This document shows, piece after piece, positions 37,761 to 47,809 of a stretch of 64,000 nt of DNA. Every line of letters starts with the position of its first letter. The first letter of the stretch is position 1. Under the pieces are notes generated by a model. The model did no database searches, was not told the origin of the DNA, and worked only from the letters and a program-made list of their open reading frames with translations. The position numbers were made by a program, and so were the translations under genes. The stretch lies in NCBI GenBank assembly GCA_036000965.1, contig DASYUT010000164.1:1932-65931 (forward strand). The letters run 5' to 3'. Source of the DNA: Actinomycetes bacterium. Its GTDB lineage: Bacteria > Actinomycetota > CALGFH01.

Positions 37761-39355
37761 CAGCGCGGCGCCGGCTGCCAGGCGGGCCGGGAGACGACCG
37801 CCTTGCCGGTGGGCAGGCAGGCCGCCCCCGTTCCGTCGGCGCGCGCGACGAAGATGCTCCCGTCGCGGACGAAGGCGAGGCGGTCGCCCGTGGGCGACCA
37901 GGACGGGGCGGCGTCCCGCCGGCCGTTGGTGAGCTGGCGGTCGCCGGTCCCGTCGGCGTTCATGACATGGATCGCGCCGTCCTTGACGTAGGCGATGCGA
38001 CCGCCGTCAGGGGACCAGGCGGGGGCGTACTCGTAGCCTGGGGCGGTGGTCAACCGGTGGAGCCCGGACCCGTCGGCGTCCACGACGGCGACGTCCTCGT
38101 TGCTGGCGCCGGCGTCGGCGTAGGTCGCGAACGCCAAGCGGCGGCCGTCCGGGGACCACGAAGGGCCGGAGTCGGCACCGGCGGTGGTGGTGAGCTGCCG
38201 GAAGCCCGACCCGTCGGCGTTCAGGACGGCGAGGTCGCTGATGTCACCGCTGTCGCCCGCCGTGACCACGACGAGGCGGTGGCCGTCCGGGGACCAGGCC
38301 GGCTCGCCCGCGGGCCTGTCGGGGGCGATGTCCCTGCGGCCCTTGCCGTCGGCCCCGATCACGTTGACTGTCGGAGGCTGCTGGTCGTCGCCGGGCACCG
38401 AGCGGGTGTACGCGATGTGGGCGCTGTCGGGCGACCAGGCCGGCTCGGCCTGGCTCGCGTCGTCGCCGCCGACCCGGCGCAGCCCGCTGCCGTCCGCGCC
38501 CACCACCCACAGCTGCGTGGTGTCGCCGCCGGCCGCGAACAGCAGGCGCCCGCCGCCTCCCGGCAGCGGCCGGCCACCGCGGCACGGCGGAGACTGGGGT
38601 CCGAACGGGTCGCCACCGGGCACGGGCACCGTCGGGTGGTGCTGGAGGGTGCTCCCCGCGACCGCCGGCTGGGCGCCCTTGCGGGTCAGGGTCAGCTCGA
38701 GCTCGACCACGCCCCGGTCGGCGATCCGGAAGCCGAGCAGGCTGGGCACCTGCAGGCCGAAGTCGGCCCGGCGGATCTCGAAGCTGCCGGCGACCTGGAT
38801 CGTTGGGCCGTCCCAGCGGGCCTCGAGCGGGACGGTGACCCGCCGGGTGACGCCGTGGAGGGTGAGGTCGCCGGGGAGCTGGACGTGGACGACCTGGCCG
38901 CCGCCGACAGTGCCGAGCGGTACCTGCCCGCCCAGCTTGAAGCGGGCGGTCGGGAAGCGGTTGAGTTCCAGGCCGCGGTCGTGCATGGCGCCGTCGCGGG
39001 GTGGCTGGTCGGTGTGGAGCTCGCTCAGGTCGGCGGTGACCTCCGCGGCGGTCACCGTCCCGCGCGCGATCGTGACGGTCCCCGTGACCGCCGTCGAGCG
39101 GCCGACCACGTCGCTCGGGGCGGTGACGACCGTGAGCCGCTCGCGGATGCGGTAGCCGACGAACCCGCCCGCGTCGGCGGCGACTACCCACTCGCCGTCG
39201 GCGGTGCCCGTCGCCGGTGCCCGGTCGGGGGCCGGCCGCAGCCGCGCCGTGCCGGGCGTGTCCGCGGTCCGCGCCGCCAGCACCAGCCATCCACCGCCGA
39301 GGAGCAGCGCGACCGCGACTGCCGCCACAAGGCCGACCTTCAGTAGTCTGGGCAT
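37760..39355 (-). CDS. Anchored fusion protein: YceI-like domain + TolB-like PD40 beta-propeller
   Basis: 531 aa. N-terminal TM or signal-anchor (MPRLLKVGLVAAVAVALLLGGGWLVLAA). The YceI-like part (…FVGYRIRERLTVV…TGTVTIARGT…HGVTRRVTVPL…) is followed by repeated PD40 blades (…AWSPDSAHIAY…, …AWSPDGHRLVVV…, …SWSPDGRRLAFAT…, …AWSPDGGRIAYVKDG…, …SWSPTGDRLAFVRDG…). Confidence 0.75.
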   Translation of the reverse strand: MPRLLKVGLVAAVAVALLLGGGWLVLAARTADTPGTARLRPAPDRAPATGTADGEWVVAADAGGFVGYRIRERLTVVTAPSDVVGRSTAVTGTVTIARGTVTAAEVTADLSELHTDQPPRDGAMHDRGLELNRFPTARFKLGGQVPLGTVGGGQVVHVQLPGDLTLHGVTRRVTVPLEARWDGPTIQVAGSFEIRRADFGLQVPSLLGFRIADRGVVELELTLTRKGAQPAVAGSTLQHHPTVPVPGGDPFGPQSPPCRGGRPLPGGGGRLLFAAGGDTTQLWVVGADGSGLRRVGGDDASQAEPAWSPDSAHIAYTRSVPGDDQQPPTVNVIGADGKGRRDIAPDRPAGEPAWSPDGHRLVVVTAGDSGDISDLAVLNADGSGFRQLTTTAGADSGPSWSPDGRRLAFATYADAGASNEDVAVVDADGSGLHRLTTAPGYEYAPAWSPDGGRIAYVKDGAIHVMNADGTGDRQLTNGRRDAAPSWSPTGDRLAFVRDGSIFVARADGTGAACLPTGKAVVSRPAWQPAPR

Positions 39356-39465
39356 GCGCCCTCCTTCGGGGCCAACCGGGCATCCGCCTGTCTACACCGA
39401 CGTGCCCCGGGTGGTTCCCGAGCGGGCGGCACGTCCACGCCAGCGCTGCCCCGACCCGAACGACG

Positions 39466-40152
39466 CTAGCCGAGGACAATGTCGAGGACGGCGCGGAGGC
39501 GGCCGCCGCGCTCCACCAGATGGAGCACTGGTCCGCCGCCCGCTCCCGAGAAGGGGTCGTCGGCGAACTCCACCTCGGTCTCCAGGCCCCGGCTGTCCGG
39601 CGCGCGAACGACGACATGCAGGTGGGGCGTGCCGGAGTAGTTGCCTGGCTTGACCGACTCGAACTCGTAGCGTCCTTTCGCGTCGGTCGTCATCGTGCCT
39701 TGGACGTAGCAGCACTGGATCTCGCTGGTGCCCTGGCCGGGGCCGTAGCTGCCGTCGCCGTTGGTCTGCCAGACCCGGACGGCCGCGCCGGGGACCGGCG
39801 CGCAGCCGGACCTCAGGACCCGGCCCGAGATGACCATCGGCCGCCCCCGCCGGCTGGCGGCGAGATTGGCGGGGGTGGGCCGCAGCGTGAGGCCGGGACC
39901 GAGGCGCAGCCGCGACGGGCCGTGGGTCGGCCCGTCCCATCCCTGCGGTGCCTGCCCCACCGTCGGCGGGCAGGCCCCCCCGCCCGGCGCGGTGGCAGCC
40001 GGGCTGTCGCCGCCGGTGGAGGGCGCGGTGGCCGCCGGCCGGGCCACGGCCGCAGCCGCCGGGCGGCCTGCCGGGCGGTGGGCCGCGACCGCGATCAGAG
40101 CCCCTGCCACGACGACGACCGCGGCCACGACGATCCAGCCTCGACGGCCCAT
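39466..40152 (-). CDS. Secreted intradiol ring-cleavage dioxygenase-like protein
   Basis: Signal or anchor (MGRRGWIVVAAVVVVAGALIAVAA), a Pro/Ala-rich linker, then …GRVLRSGCAPVPGAAVRVWQTNGDGSY…TMTTDAKGRYEFESVKPGNYSGTPHLHVVV…, a beta-sandwich with a His/Tyr metal site as in the small protocatechuate-dioxygenase-beta-like family. Confidence 0.6.
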   Translation of the reverse strand: MGRRGWIVVAAVVVVAGALIAVAAHRPAGRPAAAAVARPAATAPSTGGDSPAATAPGGGACPPTVGQAPQGWDGPTHGPSRLRLGPGLTLRPTPANLAASRRGRPMVISGRVLRSGCAPVPGAAVRVWQTNGDGSYGPGQGTSEIQCCYVQGTMTTDAKGRYEFESVKPGNYSGTPHLHVVVRAPDSRGLETEVEFADDPFSGAGGGPVLHLVERGGRLRAVLDIVLG

Positions 40153-40473
40153 GGTGAGCTCCTCCCGACCCGGAACGCTGACGCCCCCACTACACCGGCC
40201 GCGAGTGCGGAGTTCCGGGTCGGGAGACCGCTACGCCCGGGGGGGGTACCGCCGGGTGAGATCCGGCCCGTCCGCGGTCAGCGGGAGCAGGTGGACACCC
40301 CACTCCCGGCGGCGAGCCCTTCCTCGCGCGGATGCCGACCGACACCGTGGCGGTGATGGTGTCCGTGGTGTAGCGGGGTAGGGACGCAACGGCAGCCGCA
40401 CTTGCGAAGTGGCGTCGGTGAAGTGCGCTGACCAGCAGCTCGCGGCCAGCGTCGAGCGGCAAGTGCGGCTGTC

Positions 40474-40700
40474 GTGTTAACCCCTGGCTGGCTGGCCGGC
40501 CAGCGCCACGGGCTGGCGGTGGGGTACCTGCCCGGCTACGCCCACGACTTGGACCCGGTGGAGGGGCTGTGGGCCAACCTGAAGGTGGTTGAGCTGGCCA
40601 ACCTGTGCCGCGACACGATCGCCGAGGTCACCGACGCAGCCCGGCAGGGGATCGTCCGGGTCCGCCGGGAGTCCGCCCCCAGCAGCAACACTTGGCACCT
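40474..40700 (+). mobile_element. IS630-family transposase fragment (C-terminal end of DDE_3), same orientation as the 37.4-kb fragment
   Basis: …GLAVGYLPGYAHDLDPVEGLWANLKVVELANLCRDTIAEVTDAARQGIVRVRR matches the IS630 (Tc1/mariner-like) C-terminus (…LPPYSPDLNPIE..W…). A perfect 11-bp inverted repeat (GCCGCACTTGC/GCAAGTGCGGC) lies just upstream (40393-40467). Confidence 0.55.
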
Positions 40701-40826
40701 GGCAACAGGCCCAAGGGACACCAGTAGCTCATCGCTCGGCCTCGCGGGGTTGGTTTGGGACAGGTCCCTTGACCTCCTGGTCCAGGGCCGTCCAATCTGG
40801 ACGACATCCGGTCGGAGGCGCGACCC

Positions 40827-42399
40827 ATGGACATCGATCCAGCTCAGGCACTCAAGAGCGCTCAGGATGTGGCTGGGCCGGCCGACCTGGCCTCGGCGCC
40901 GTCGGTGGCCCCGCCGGGGACCCGGCGGGCCCGGCGTCGGCGGCGTCCGACCGGCGAGCCGCCGCCACTGCCACGCCACCTGGAGACCACCGGCGTGGGA
41001 TGGCTGGTGGCCGCGGTGGCGCTGGTGGCGCTGTCGCTGGTGGTGTTCACCGCCGGCCGCTACGGCCGCGGAGTCTCCTTCACCGTCGTCGACAACTGGG
41101 TACTTGAGCGGCTGGCCGCGCTGCACACGCCCGGGCTCACGCGCGTCATGCTCGCAGTGTCGGGGCTGCTGGGCTCCATCTGGACCATCAAGCTGCTCGG
41201 CTGGTCGACCGGAATCATCCTGCTTACCTTCAAGCGCTTCCGGCAGCTCGTCGTTGCGCTGGTCTCGGTGAACCTCGTCACCGTCCTCGCCATCGTGTTG
41301 TCGACGGCGGTGCGGCGCCCGCGGCCGTTCGGGGTGGCCATCGAGGGGAACTGGGCCAGCTGGGCGATGCCGTCGCGGCCAGTCGCCTACCTCGCCGCGA
41401 TCCTGATCGCCATGCTCTACAGCCTGGTGCCGGAGGGTCGTTGGGTTCGCGCACCGCGACATCAAGCCGGCCAACCTGCTGGTCCGCGACGGCCGGCTGC
41501 TGCTGATCGACGTCGCGTTCGTGGAGGCCCGACCGAGTCCCTGGCGGCAGGCGGTCGACCTGGCCAACATGATGCTCTGCCTGGCGTTGCGCAGCGATCC
41601 CGAGCTGGTCTACCAGCGAGCCGGGCGCCAGTTCTCGGTCGAGGAGATCAGCGAGGGGTTCGCGGCCACCCGCGGGCTGGCGATGCCGTCGCAGCTGCGC
41701 CACCTGCTGCGCGCCCAGGGCCGGGACCCGCACGCCGAGTTCCTGGACCTGCTGCCCGAGCGGCCGCGTCCCATCTCGATCCAGCGCTGGAGCACGCGGC
41801 GCGTCGGGCTGGCGCTGCTCTCGCTCCTGCTGCTGGCCCTCGGCCTTTGGACCGTGAACACCAGCGCGCGGTCCGACCGGATCGTCACCTCCCTGAACGC
41901 CAGCAACCTCGACTGCACCACCTGGGAGCCGCTGTGGCTGATGGCCCAAGCGGTACCGTCGGCCTCGCTGGTGCCCTGCGTGCAGCTCCTCCCGGTCGGC
42001 TGGACCCTCGCCGACGTCCTGGTCAAGGACGGCCGCGCGCGCATCAGCTTCGACTCCGACCGCGTCGGCAAGGGAGCGGTGGTCGTGCAGCTCGCCGCGT
42101 CGTGCGACCTGGCCGGCGCCGTCGAGGTGACCTCGGAACAGCGGACGGCGCGGCGCTACCTGCGGATCGAGCGCGACTCCGCAGCGTTCTCGGCGACCCG
42201 TTCCTACGTCTTCCCGGGGGGCTGCATCACCGAACGGTTCGTCGCACCGGAGGCGAGCCGAGCACAGCTGGACAGCCAACTATCGTTCGCGATCGGGTTC
42301 ACCACCCGCGAGGAGCTAGGGCAGGCGCTCAGCCAGCACTCCGGAGGGCGGCTCCACCTGGACCCCCAAGGTGGCCACCTGGACCCCCAAGGTGGCTAA
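40827..42399 (+). pseudogene. PAP2-like polytopic membrane domain fused to a protein-kinase-like domain (HRD catalytic loop), frameshifted
   Basis: Frame 0 reads …LVVFTAGRYGRG…LGWSTGIILLTFKRFRQLVVALVSVNLVTVLAIVLSTAVRRPRPFG…YSLVPEGRW (multi-TM, PAP2-like KxxxxxxRP). Frame +1 continues …FAHRDIKPANLLVRDGRLLLIDVAFVEARPSPWRQAVDLANMMLCLALRSDPELVYQ…, a kinase catalytic loop HRDxKPxN. The frame switches near 41440-41455. The C-terminus carries a 21-nt tandem duplication (HLDPQGGHLDPQGG). Confidence 0.4.
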
Positions 42400-42548
42400 G
42401 CGCCTGCTCAGAAGTCCTGTCGGTAACTTGGCGCGAAGGCCCTGGTCGCTGAACCGGGTTACGGACAGAACCTCTGGTGACCTGCTTACGACTTGGTGCG
42501 CGATTGAGATTGGGCGTGCCAGCCTGACCGGTCGGGCTGAATCGTCGA

Positions 42549-43142
42549 TCAGCGGCGGCGGGCCGCCCGGTCGGAGACCAGGCCCGCGATCGCCAGATGG
42601 GTCTGGGCGTAGGACTCCCGCCGCCCGGTGTAGCGCTGCAGCGACCGCCACTGCTTGTGCTCGGCGATGGCGTGCTCGATGCAGATCCGCTCGGAGGACT
42701 GCTTGGCGCGGGCCTGCGTCCAGGCGGCGGCGTAGGCGAACACATCGGCCAGGGTCTTGAGCCGCAGGCCAAGCCCGCCGGGGACAGCGAAGCCACGCCC
42801 GGCCAGCAGCGGCCGAATCTCGTGGATGGCGCGGGTGATGGTGGAGCGGTCCACTTCATACAGCACCGCCAGGGCCTGGTGGGGCAGCTGGAACCGCAGG
42901 TGGACCAACGTGACCAGGATCCGGTCGCACAAGCCGAGCTTCAGGTTGGGGCCGGCGCCGGCGGCACGCTGGCGAGCACGGCCACGGCGCTGGCGCAAGG
43001 CGCCCTCGTGCGCGGCGGTCCAGGGGCCAGCCAACTCGGCGATCAGGGCGCCGAGGTGTTGCCGGGAGAGCCCGGTGAAGCAAGGATGGGGAAGCAAGGA
43101 TGGGAGAGGGCCGCACGGGCCCATGCTGGCGTCAACATCCAC
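42549..43142 (-). mobile_element. IS5-like (HTH_Tnp_4/DDE_Tnp_4-type) transposase with the catalytic core deleted
   Basis: N-terminal …FTGLSRQHLGALIAELAGPWTAAHEGALRQRRGRARQRAAGAGPNLKLGLCDRILVTLVHLRFQLPHQALAVLYEVDRSTITRAIHEIRPLLA is HTH_Tnp_4-like. It joins directly to a C-terminal tail …ERICIEHAIAEHKQWRSLQRYTGRRESYAQTHLAIAGLVSDR, the last ~50 aa of DDE_Tnp_4. The DDE core is missing. Confidence 0.55.
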
Positions 43143-43743
43143 GCATGATCACCCGTGGGCCTGGCCCATGCTCCCCAGGCTCATGCTCGCCAAGTTATGC
43201 CGCGAGCTACCCCGCGCTTGCCCCGGTCTTCAAGGCCGAAGGGTGTCCCAGGCGCTTCGTGGGTTGGCTGAGCACTACGGGATCCAAGCGTCGATGACCT
43301 CGACCGGCCGGCTGGACCGCTCGGACGACGCCGAGCGCGTTCGCGCACCGCAACAGCATCACGTAGCTGCGGCGCCTTCGGTACGGCACCCCCAGACGAT
43401 GTCCTCGGGCGCGCTGAGCCGTGACATGGCACCGCAATCAGTGAAGGGCGGATTGCGGCGAAGCACAGGGCCGTCTCGTTCAGTGAGCACGGGTCATCAG
43501 GTACGCGGCAAAGCCGGGGATGAGCCGCCACGGCTGTGGCGTGTCGGTGCCGACGATCCGCTGGATGGTGAAGGCGTGGCCGAAGCGCTGGTCGACCTCG
43601 CCCGGCGCGATCGGTTCCAAGCCCATCCAGCGGTCCAGTCGCCGCGGTGGCCACTGGAAGCACCACAACAGGAACCGGGCACCCGGGCCGGCCAGCGGCA
43701 GGACGTTGTCGACCCGCCGGCGTGGCCGGCCGGCGCGCCGCGC

Positions 43744-44649
43744 TCACCGAGCCGTCACCTCACCGGCGGCCCGCAGGCGGCGGAGGTACCGGGTCAGCAC
43801 GATCAGCAGCGGCACCTGCAGCACCCCGTACAGGGCGTGGACGGCGTAGTGGCGCAGCGACTGCTCGGGCCGGTACGGCCACCACGGCACCGACAGCACG
43901 CTGAGCAGCCCACCGCCGATCGCGTGCAGCCATCCCCAGCCCAGCAGCAGCCAGGCCGCGACCCGCCGCCCCGGCGACAGCCAGCCGGCGGCCAGCAGCA
44001 GGGACACCGCCGTCGGCACGACGGTCTGCGGACCCAGCCGCGCCTGGCCGGTCAGTTCGGCGAGGTTGTGGATGACCAGGCCCAGCCACGACAGCGCGAT
44101 GCCGGCGACAACGGTCGGGGCAGCGACCGGATGCTCGGAAGGTCGCCGCAACCTCCTGGTGCCCGTGCTCAGGCCGCTGGCGGCCGGGATGCGGGTGTTG
44201 TGGCCCCTTGGTGGTGGGCGACCGTCGTGGCTGGGTCGCGCCAGAAGGCGGTGACCAGCTCGACCACGGCGGGGGCGGCTTGCAGCAATGGTCCGATGTG
44301 GCCAGCGCCCGGCAGGATGACCAATCGCGGCGGCGTGCAGGGCGAGCAGCGAACCAGAGGACACGGCGTACACGAAGGCCGACCCGCCGGCGTCGGCGAT
44401 GAGCGCGGCGAGGTCGTCGACCTCACGCTCGACCGCGTAGGGCTGGGTGTCGGTGCTTGCGCCTCGGCCTCGGCGGTCGTAGGTGACGACGGTGAAGTCG
44501 GCTGCCAGCAGCTCCACCGGCGCCCGGAGGGGACGGAAGTCTCGGTAGCTCCCGGCGGCGTCCACCAGGATGAGCGCCGGACCGGCGCCAGATCGCTCGA
44601 ACCCGATCGAGGTCCCGTCGCTCGATGTGACCCTGTTCACCACGTTCAT
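43744..44649 (-). pseudogene. Chimeric read-through of two gene remnants: an alpha/beta-hydrolase N-terminal fragment (44320-44649) and a polytopic membrane-protein C-terminal fragment (43744-44130)
   Basis: High-coordinate end: MNVVNRVTSSDGTSIGFERSGAGPALILVDAAGSYRDFRPLRAPVELLAADFTVVTYDRRGRGASTDTQPYAVEREVDDLAALIADAGGSAFVYAVSSGSLLAL (alpha/beta hydrolase up to the nucleophile elbow). Low-coordinate end: …VVAGIALSWLGLVIHNLAELTGQARLGPQTVVPTAVSLLLAAGWL…LYGVLQVPLLIVLTRYLRRL. The linker between them is nonsense. Confidence 0.35.
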
Positions 44650-44902
44650 GTCCGGTTCTCCTTCCGAAGGTTGCCGTAACGGGAGCACGCTGCGGTGCAT
44701 GACCCACGGCCAGCCGCCATCCCGTCGCCCCGTCGTGAGGTTGTCGCGCGACCCGGGTCGAAATCGACAGGTCGCGCCAGGAAGCCTTCGCGCTTCGGAG
44801 CGCCGGCGATGCTGGTGACCGCCTTGCGGTCGGGGCGTCGATCTGGGCCTAGTTTGGCGACCACCTGACGCTCAGGATCCCTTCGGTGCCGAGGAGGCCG
44901 CG

Positions 44903-45271
44903 ATGAGGTACCTCTGCCTGGTGTACGGGGATGAGGCCAAGTTGGATGTCATGCCGCAACACGAGCTCGACGCCCTCATCGACGAGGTCCTCGCCAACAA
45001 CGAGGAGCTGCAAGCGAGCGGCCAGCTCATCCTGGCGGAGGCGCTGGACCACGTCGCAGCGGCGACGACCGTGCGGGTCCGCAACGGCAAGCTCTCGGCG
45101 ACCGGCGGCCCATTCGCCGAAACGAACGAGCAGCTTGGTGGGTTCGTGCTCATCGAGGCTTGCGACCTGAACGAGGCGATCCGGATCGCCGGGCGGATCC
45201 CGAGCGCGCGCATCGGGAGCATCGAGGTGCGCCCCGTGATCGACCTCCGGCGCGAGCGCTCGGCTCGGTGA
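44903..45271 (+). CDS. YciI-like (DGPF domain) protein
   Basis: MRYLCLVYGDEAKLDVMPQHELDALIDEVLANNEELQASGQLILAEALDHVAAATTVRVRNGKLSATGGPFAETNEQLGGFVLIEACDLNEAIRIAGRIP; GAGGAGG RBS. The stop overlaps the sigma-factor GTG (GTGA). Confidence 0.8.
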   Translation: MRYLCLVYGDEAKLDVMPQHELDALIDEVLANNEELQASGQLILAEALDHVAAATTVRVRNGKLSATGGPFAETNEQLGGFVLIEACDLNEAIRIAGRIPSARIGSIEVRPVIDLRRERSAR

Positions 45272-46560
45272 GCCACGGCGTGGCCACCGAGCTGCGGGAG
45301 CGGATCGAGCTCCTCTACCGATCCGAGTCGCGCCGGGTCCTGGCCACCCTGATCCGCCTGCTGGGCGACTTCGACCTCGCCGAAGAGGCGCTGCAAGACG
45401 CCTTTACGGCAGCGATGGAGCAATGGCCGCGAGACGGCATGCCTGCCAACCCGCGTGCCTGGCTGGTGTCGGCCGGCCGTTTCAAGGCGATCGACCGGCT
45501 CCGGCGACGCGCCAGATTCGACGCAGCACTCGGCGAGCTCGCCGCCCGACTCGATGATCGGGCCGCTGACCCCACCGACCGGGATGACCAGATGCTCGAG
45601 GACGACCGGCTGCGGCTGATCTTCACCTGCTGCCATCCGGCCCTGTCGCCCGACGCCCAAGTGGCGATGACGCTGCGTGAGGTGTGCGGCCTCACCACCG
45701 AGGAAATCGCCCGCGCCTTCCTCACGGGTCCGCCCACGGCGGCCCAGCGCATCGTGCGCGCCAAGGCGAAGATCCGGGCCGCGCGCATCCCGTACGAGGT
45801 GCCGCCGCGCGCCGAGCTGGCGGGACGCCTGGAGACGGTGTTGCACGTCGTCTACCTCGTCTTCACCCAGGGGTACGCGCCCGCATCGGGGGACTCGGTG
45901 GTGCGCACCGATCTGGCCGACGAGGCGATCCACCTTGGCCGGCTCCTCGTCGAGCTCCTCCCGGAGCCGGAGGCGCTGGGCCTGCTGGCGCTGATGCTGC
46001 TGCAGGACTCCCGCCGCGCTGCGCGCACCTCCGCCGACGGCGAACTGATCCTCCTGCCCGACCAGGACCGCTCGCTGTGGGATCGTGAGCGCATCGCCGA
46101 GGGGGCCGTCCTGCTCGAGCGGGCGGTCTCGTCGGGGCGGATCGGTCCCTATGCCCTCCAGGCGGCGATCGCCGCGGCACACGCGGAGGCGCCCACCGCC
46201 GAGGCCACCGACTGGCATCGGATCGTCGGGCTGTATGACCTCCTGGCATGGGCGGACCCCTCGCCGGTGGTCAAGCTGAACCGGGCGGTTGCCATGTCGA
46301 TGCGCGACGGGCCGGCGTCGGGCCTGGCGCTGATCGATGCCATCCTCGCGCGCGGCCAGCTCGACACCTACCACCTGGCGCACGCTGCACGAGCCGACCT
46401 CCTCCGACGGCTGGGGCGAACCCCCGACGCACGCGCCGCCTACCAGCGTGCCCTCGAACTGACCCGGCAGGAGCCCGAGCGGCGGTTCATCAAGCGACGG
46501 CTGAACGAACTCGCTCGAGGGCCTGGCGATGACGATGCGTCGCGCGCAACACACCGGTGA
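45268..46560 (+). CDS. ECF sigma factor of the YciI-associated type, with a long C-terminal TPR-like extension
   Basis: Sigma-2 region (…LLYRSESRRVLATLIRLLGDFDLAEEALQDAFTAAMEQWP…PRAWLVSAGRFKAIDRLRRR), sigma-4 region (…AMTLREVCGLTTEEIARAFLTGPPTAAQRIVRAKAKIRAA), then a ~230-aa helical tail (…LNRAVAMSMRDGPASGLALIDAI…AAYQRALELT…). Confidence 0.8.
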   Translation: MSHGVATELRERIELLYRSESRRVLATLIRLLGDFDLAEEALQDAFTAAMEQWPRDGMPANPRAWLVSAGRFKAIDRLRRRARFDAALGELAARLDDRAADPTDRDDQMLEDDRLRLIFTCCHPALSPDAQVAMTLREVCGLTTEEIARAFLTGPPTAAQRIVRAKAKIRAARIPYEVPPRAELAGRLETVLHVVYLVFTQGYAPASGDSVVRTDLADEAIHLGRLLVELLPEPEALGLLALMLLQDSRRAARTSADGELILLPDQDRSLWDRERIAEGAVLLERAVSSGRIGPYALQAAIAAAHAEAPTAEATDWHRIVGLYDLLAWADPSPVVKLNRAVAMSMRDGPASGLALIDAILARGQLDTYHLAHAARADLLRRLGRTPDARAAYQRALELTRQEPERRFIKRRLNELARGPGDDDASRATHR

Positions 46561-46980
46561 CCTGCCGACCAAGGGTGGCGCGAGCCATCGCGACCGGATA
46601 CCTCGGGCAGCATGGCGCCGCCCAGCCGACGCCACCCTGCGCCATCACCGGCCGGAGGCCCACGGGGTCAACGAATGTGAAAGCAACCCGCCTCCCTGAC
46701 CCGTTCCTACCGCCCGGCGGTGCGCAGACCCGCCGCCGGGCACCACCGGGCCGAGTGCCCGGCAGACGGGCTCATCGGGTTCGTCCGGTCCGGCCCGCTG
46801 GGATCAATCCTCTGAGCTGGGTCGCCTCCGTTGGGTGGTTGAGCGGTCGCTGGCCTGCTGACTGGGCTGCCGCCGGCTCCAGGTCCGCCAGGAGCGCCGT
46901 GATGACCTCCTGCCCACCGGCCGGGTGCCACTCGCGAGCGCCCCGAGCTGTACGGCGTGTGAACGGAGTAAGGCAAGCGC

Positions 46981-47802
46981 ATGCTGTCACGAACCGACCC
47001 GAGCCGTGGCCGGAATCAGCGTGAGGAGGTGCGGACCTTGACCCTGCGCGATCACTTCGGACAGGTTGCCCCCGTCTACGAGTCGCTGCGCACGACCGAC
47101 CAGGCGCCCGTGCGGAGGATCCGCCAGCTCCTGCCCGACCGCCCCGTCACCGGCGTGGACATCGGCTGCGGGACCGGGCGGTACTCCAAGCTCCTGCGCA
47201 CCCTGCTGCCCGAGGGCTCGTTGCTGATCGCCAGCGACGTCTCCGCCGCCATGCTGGCTGAGCTGCAGGCCGGCAACCGCGGCCCGTGCTGGGTGGCGCC
47301 GCTGCTGGCGACCGCGGAGGAGCTGCCGCTTCGCAGCGGCAGCCTCGACCTGGCCACCTCGTTCAACTCGGTCCACCACTTCGACCTGGGCCGCTTCCTG
47401 GCTGGCGTCGTCCCCGTGCTGCGGCCAGGCGGCCAGCTCTTCATCTACACCCGCACCCCGGAGCAGAACGCGCGGACGATCTGGGGCCGCTACTTCCCCG
47501 GCTTCGCCGAGCACGAGCAGCGCCTGCGTAGCGAGCGGGAGCTCCGGGCCGCCGTCAGCAGCACCAGGGGCCTGGTGCTCACCGGCATGAGGACCTTCCG
47601 TCACCCGCGGACGAGCACCCGCGAACGGCTGCGGGCCCAGGCCGAGGGCCGCCACTACTCGACGTTCTCCCTCTACCCGCCGAAGGAGCTGGCCGTGGCG
47701 ATCGACGCGTTCCTCGCCCGCCTGCCCGGCCCCGACGTCTCCTGGGTGGACGAGCACCTCCTGGTGATCGCCCATCGCAGCCGCGCCGAGCGCGGATACT
47801 GA
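46981..47802 (+). CDS. Class I SAM-dependent methyltransferase
   Basis: Motif [18 protein letters not shown], post-I ASDVS, motif [15 protein letters not shown], motif [13 protein letters not shown]. The real start is probably an internal GTG. Confidence 0.75.
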   Translation: MLSRTDPSRGRNQREEVRTLTLRDHFGQVAPVYESLRTTDQAPVRRIRQLLPDRPVTGVDIGCGTGRYSKLLRTLLPEGSLLIASDVSAAMLAELQAGNRGPCWVAPLLATAEELPLRSGSLDLATSFNSVHHFDLGRFLAGVVPVLRPGGQLFIYTRTPEQNARTIWGRYFPGFAEHEQRLRSERELRAAVSSTRGLVLTGMRTFRHPRTSTRERLRAQAEGRHYSTFSLYPPKELAVAIDAFLARLPGPDVSWVDEHLLVIAHRSRAERGY

Positions 47803-47809
47803 TGGGCCC

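Noticed and set aside
43150-43744. Several 60-190-aa ORFs in both strands (for example 43480..43668 minus, …GLEPIAPGEVDQRFGHAFTIQRIVGTD…)
   Set aside because: No frame is convincing and none has a start context. They may be further debris of the membrane-protein remnant at 43744-44130. Left unannotated.
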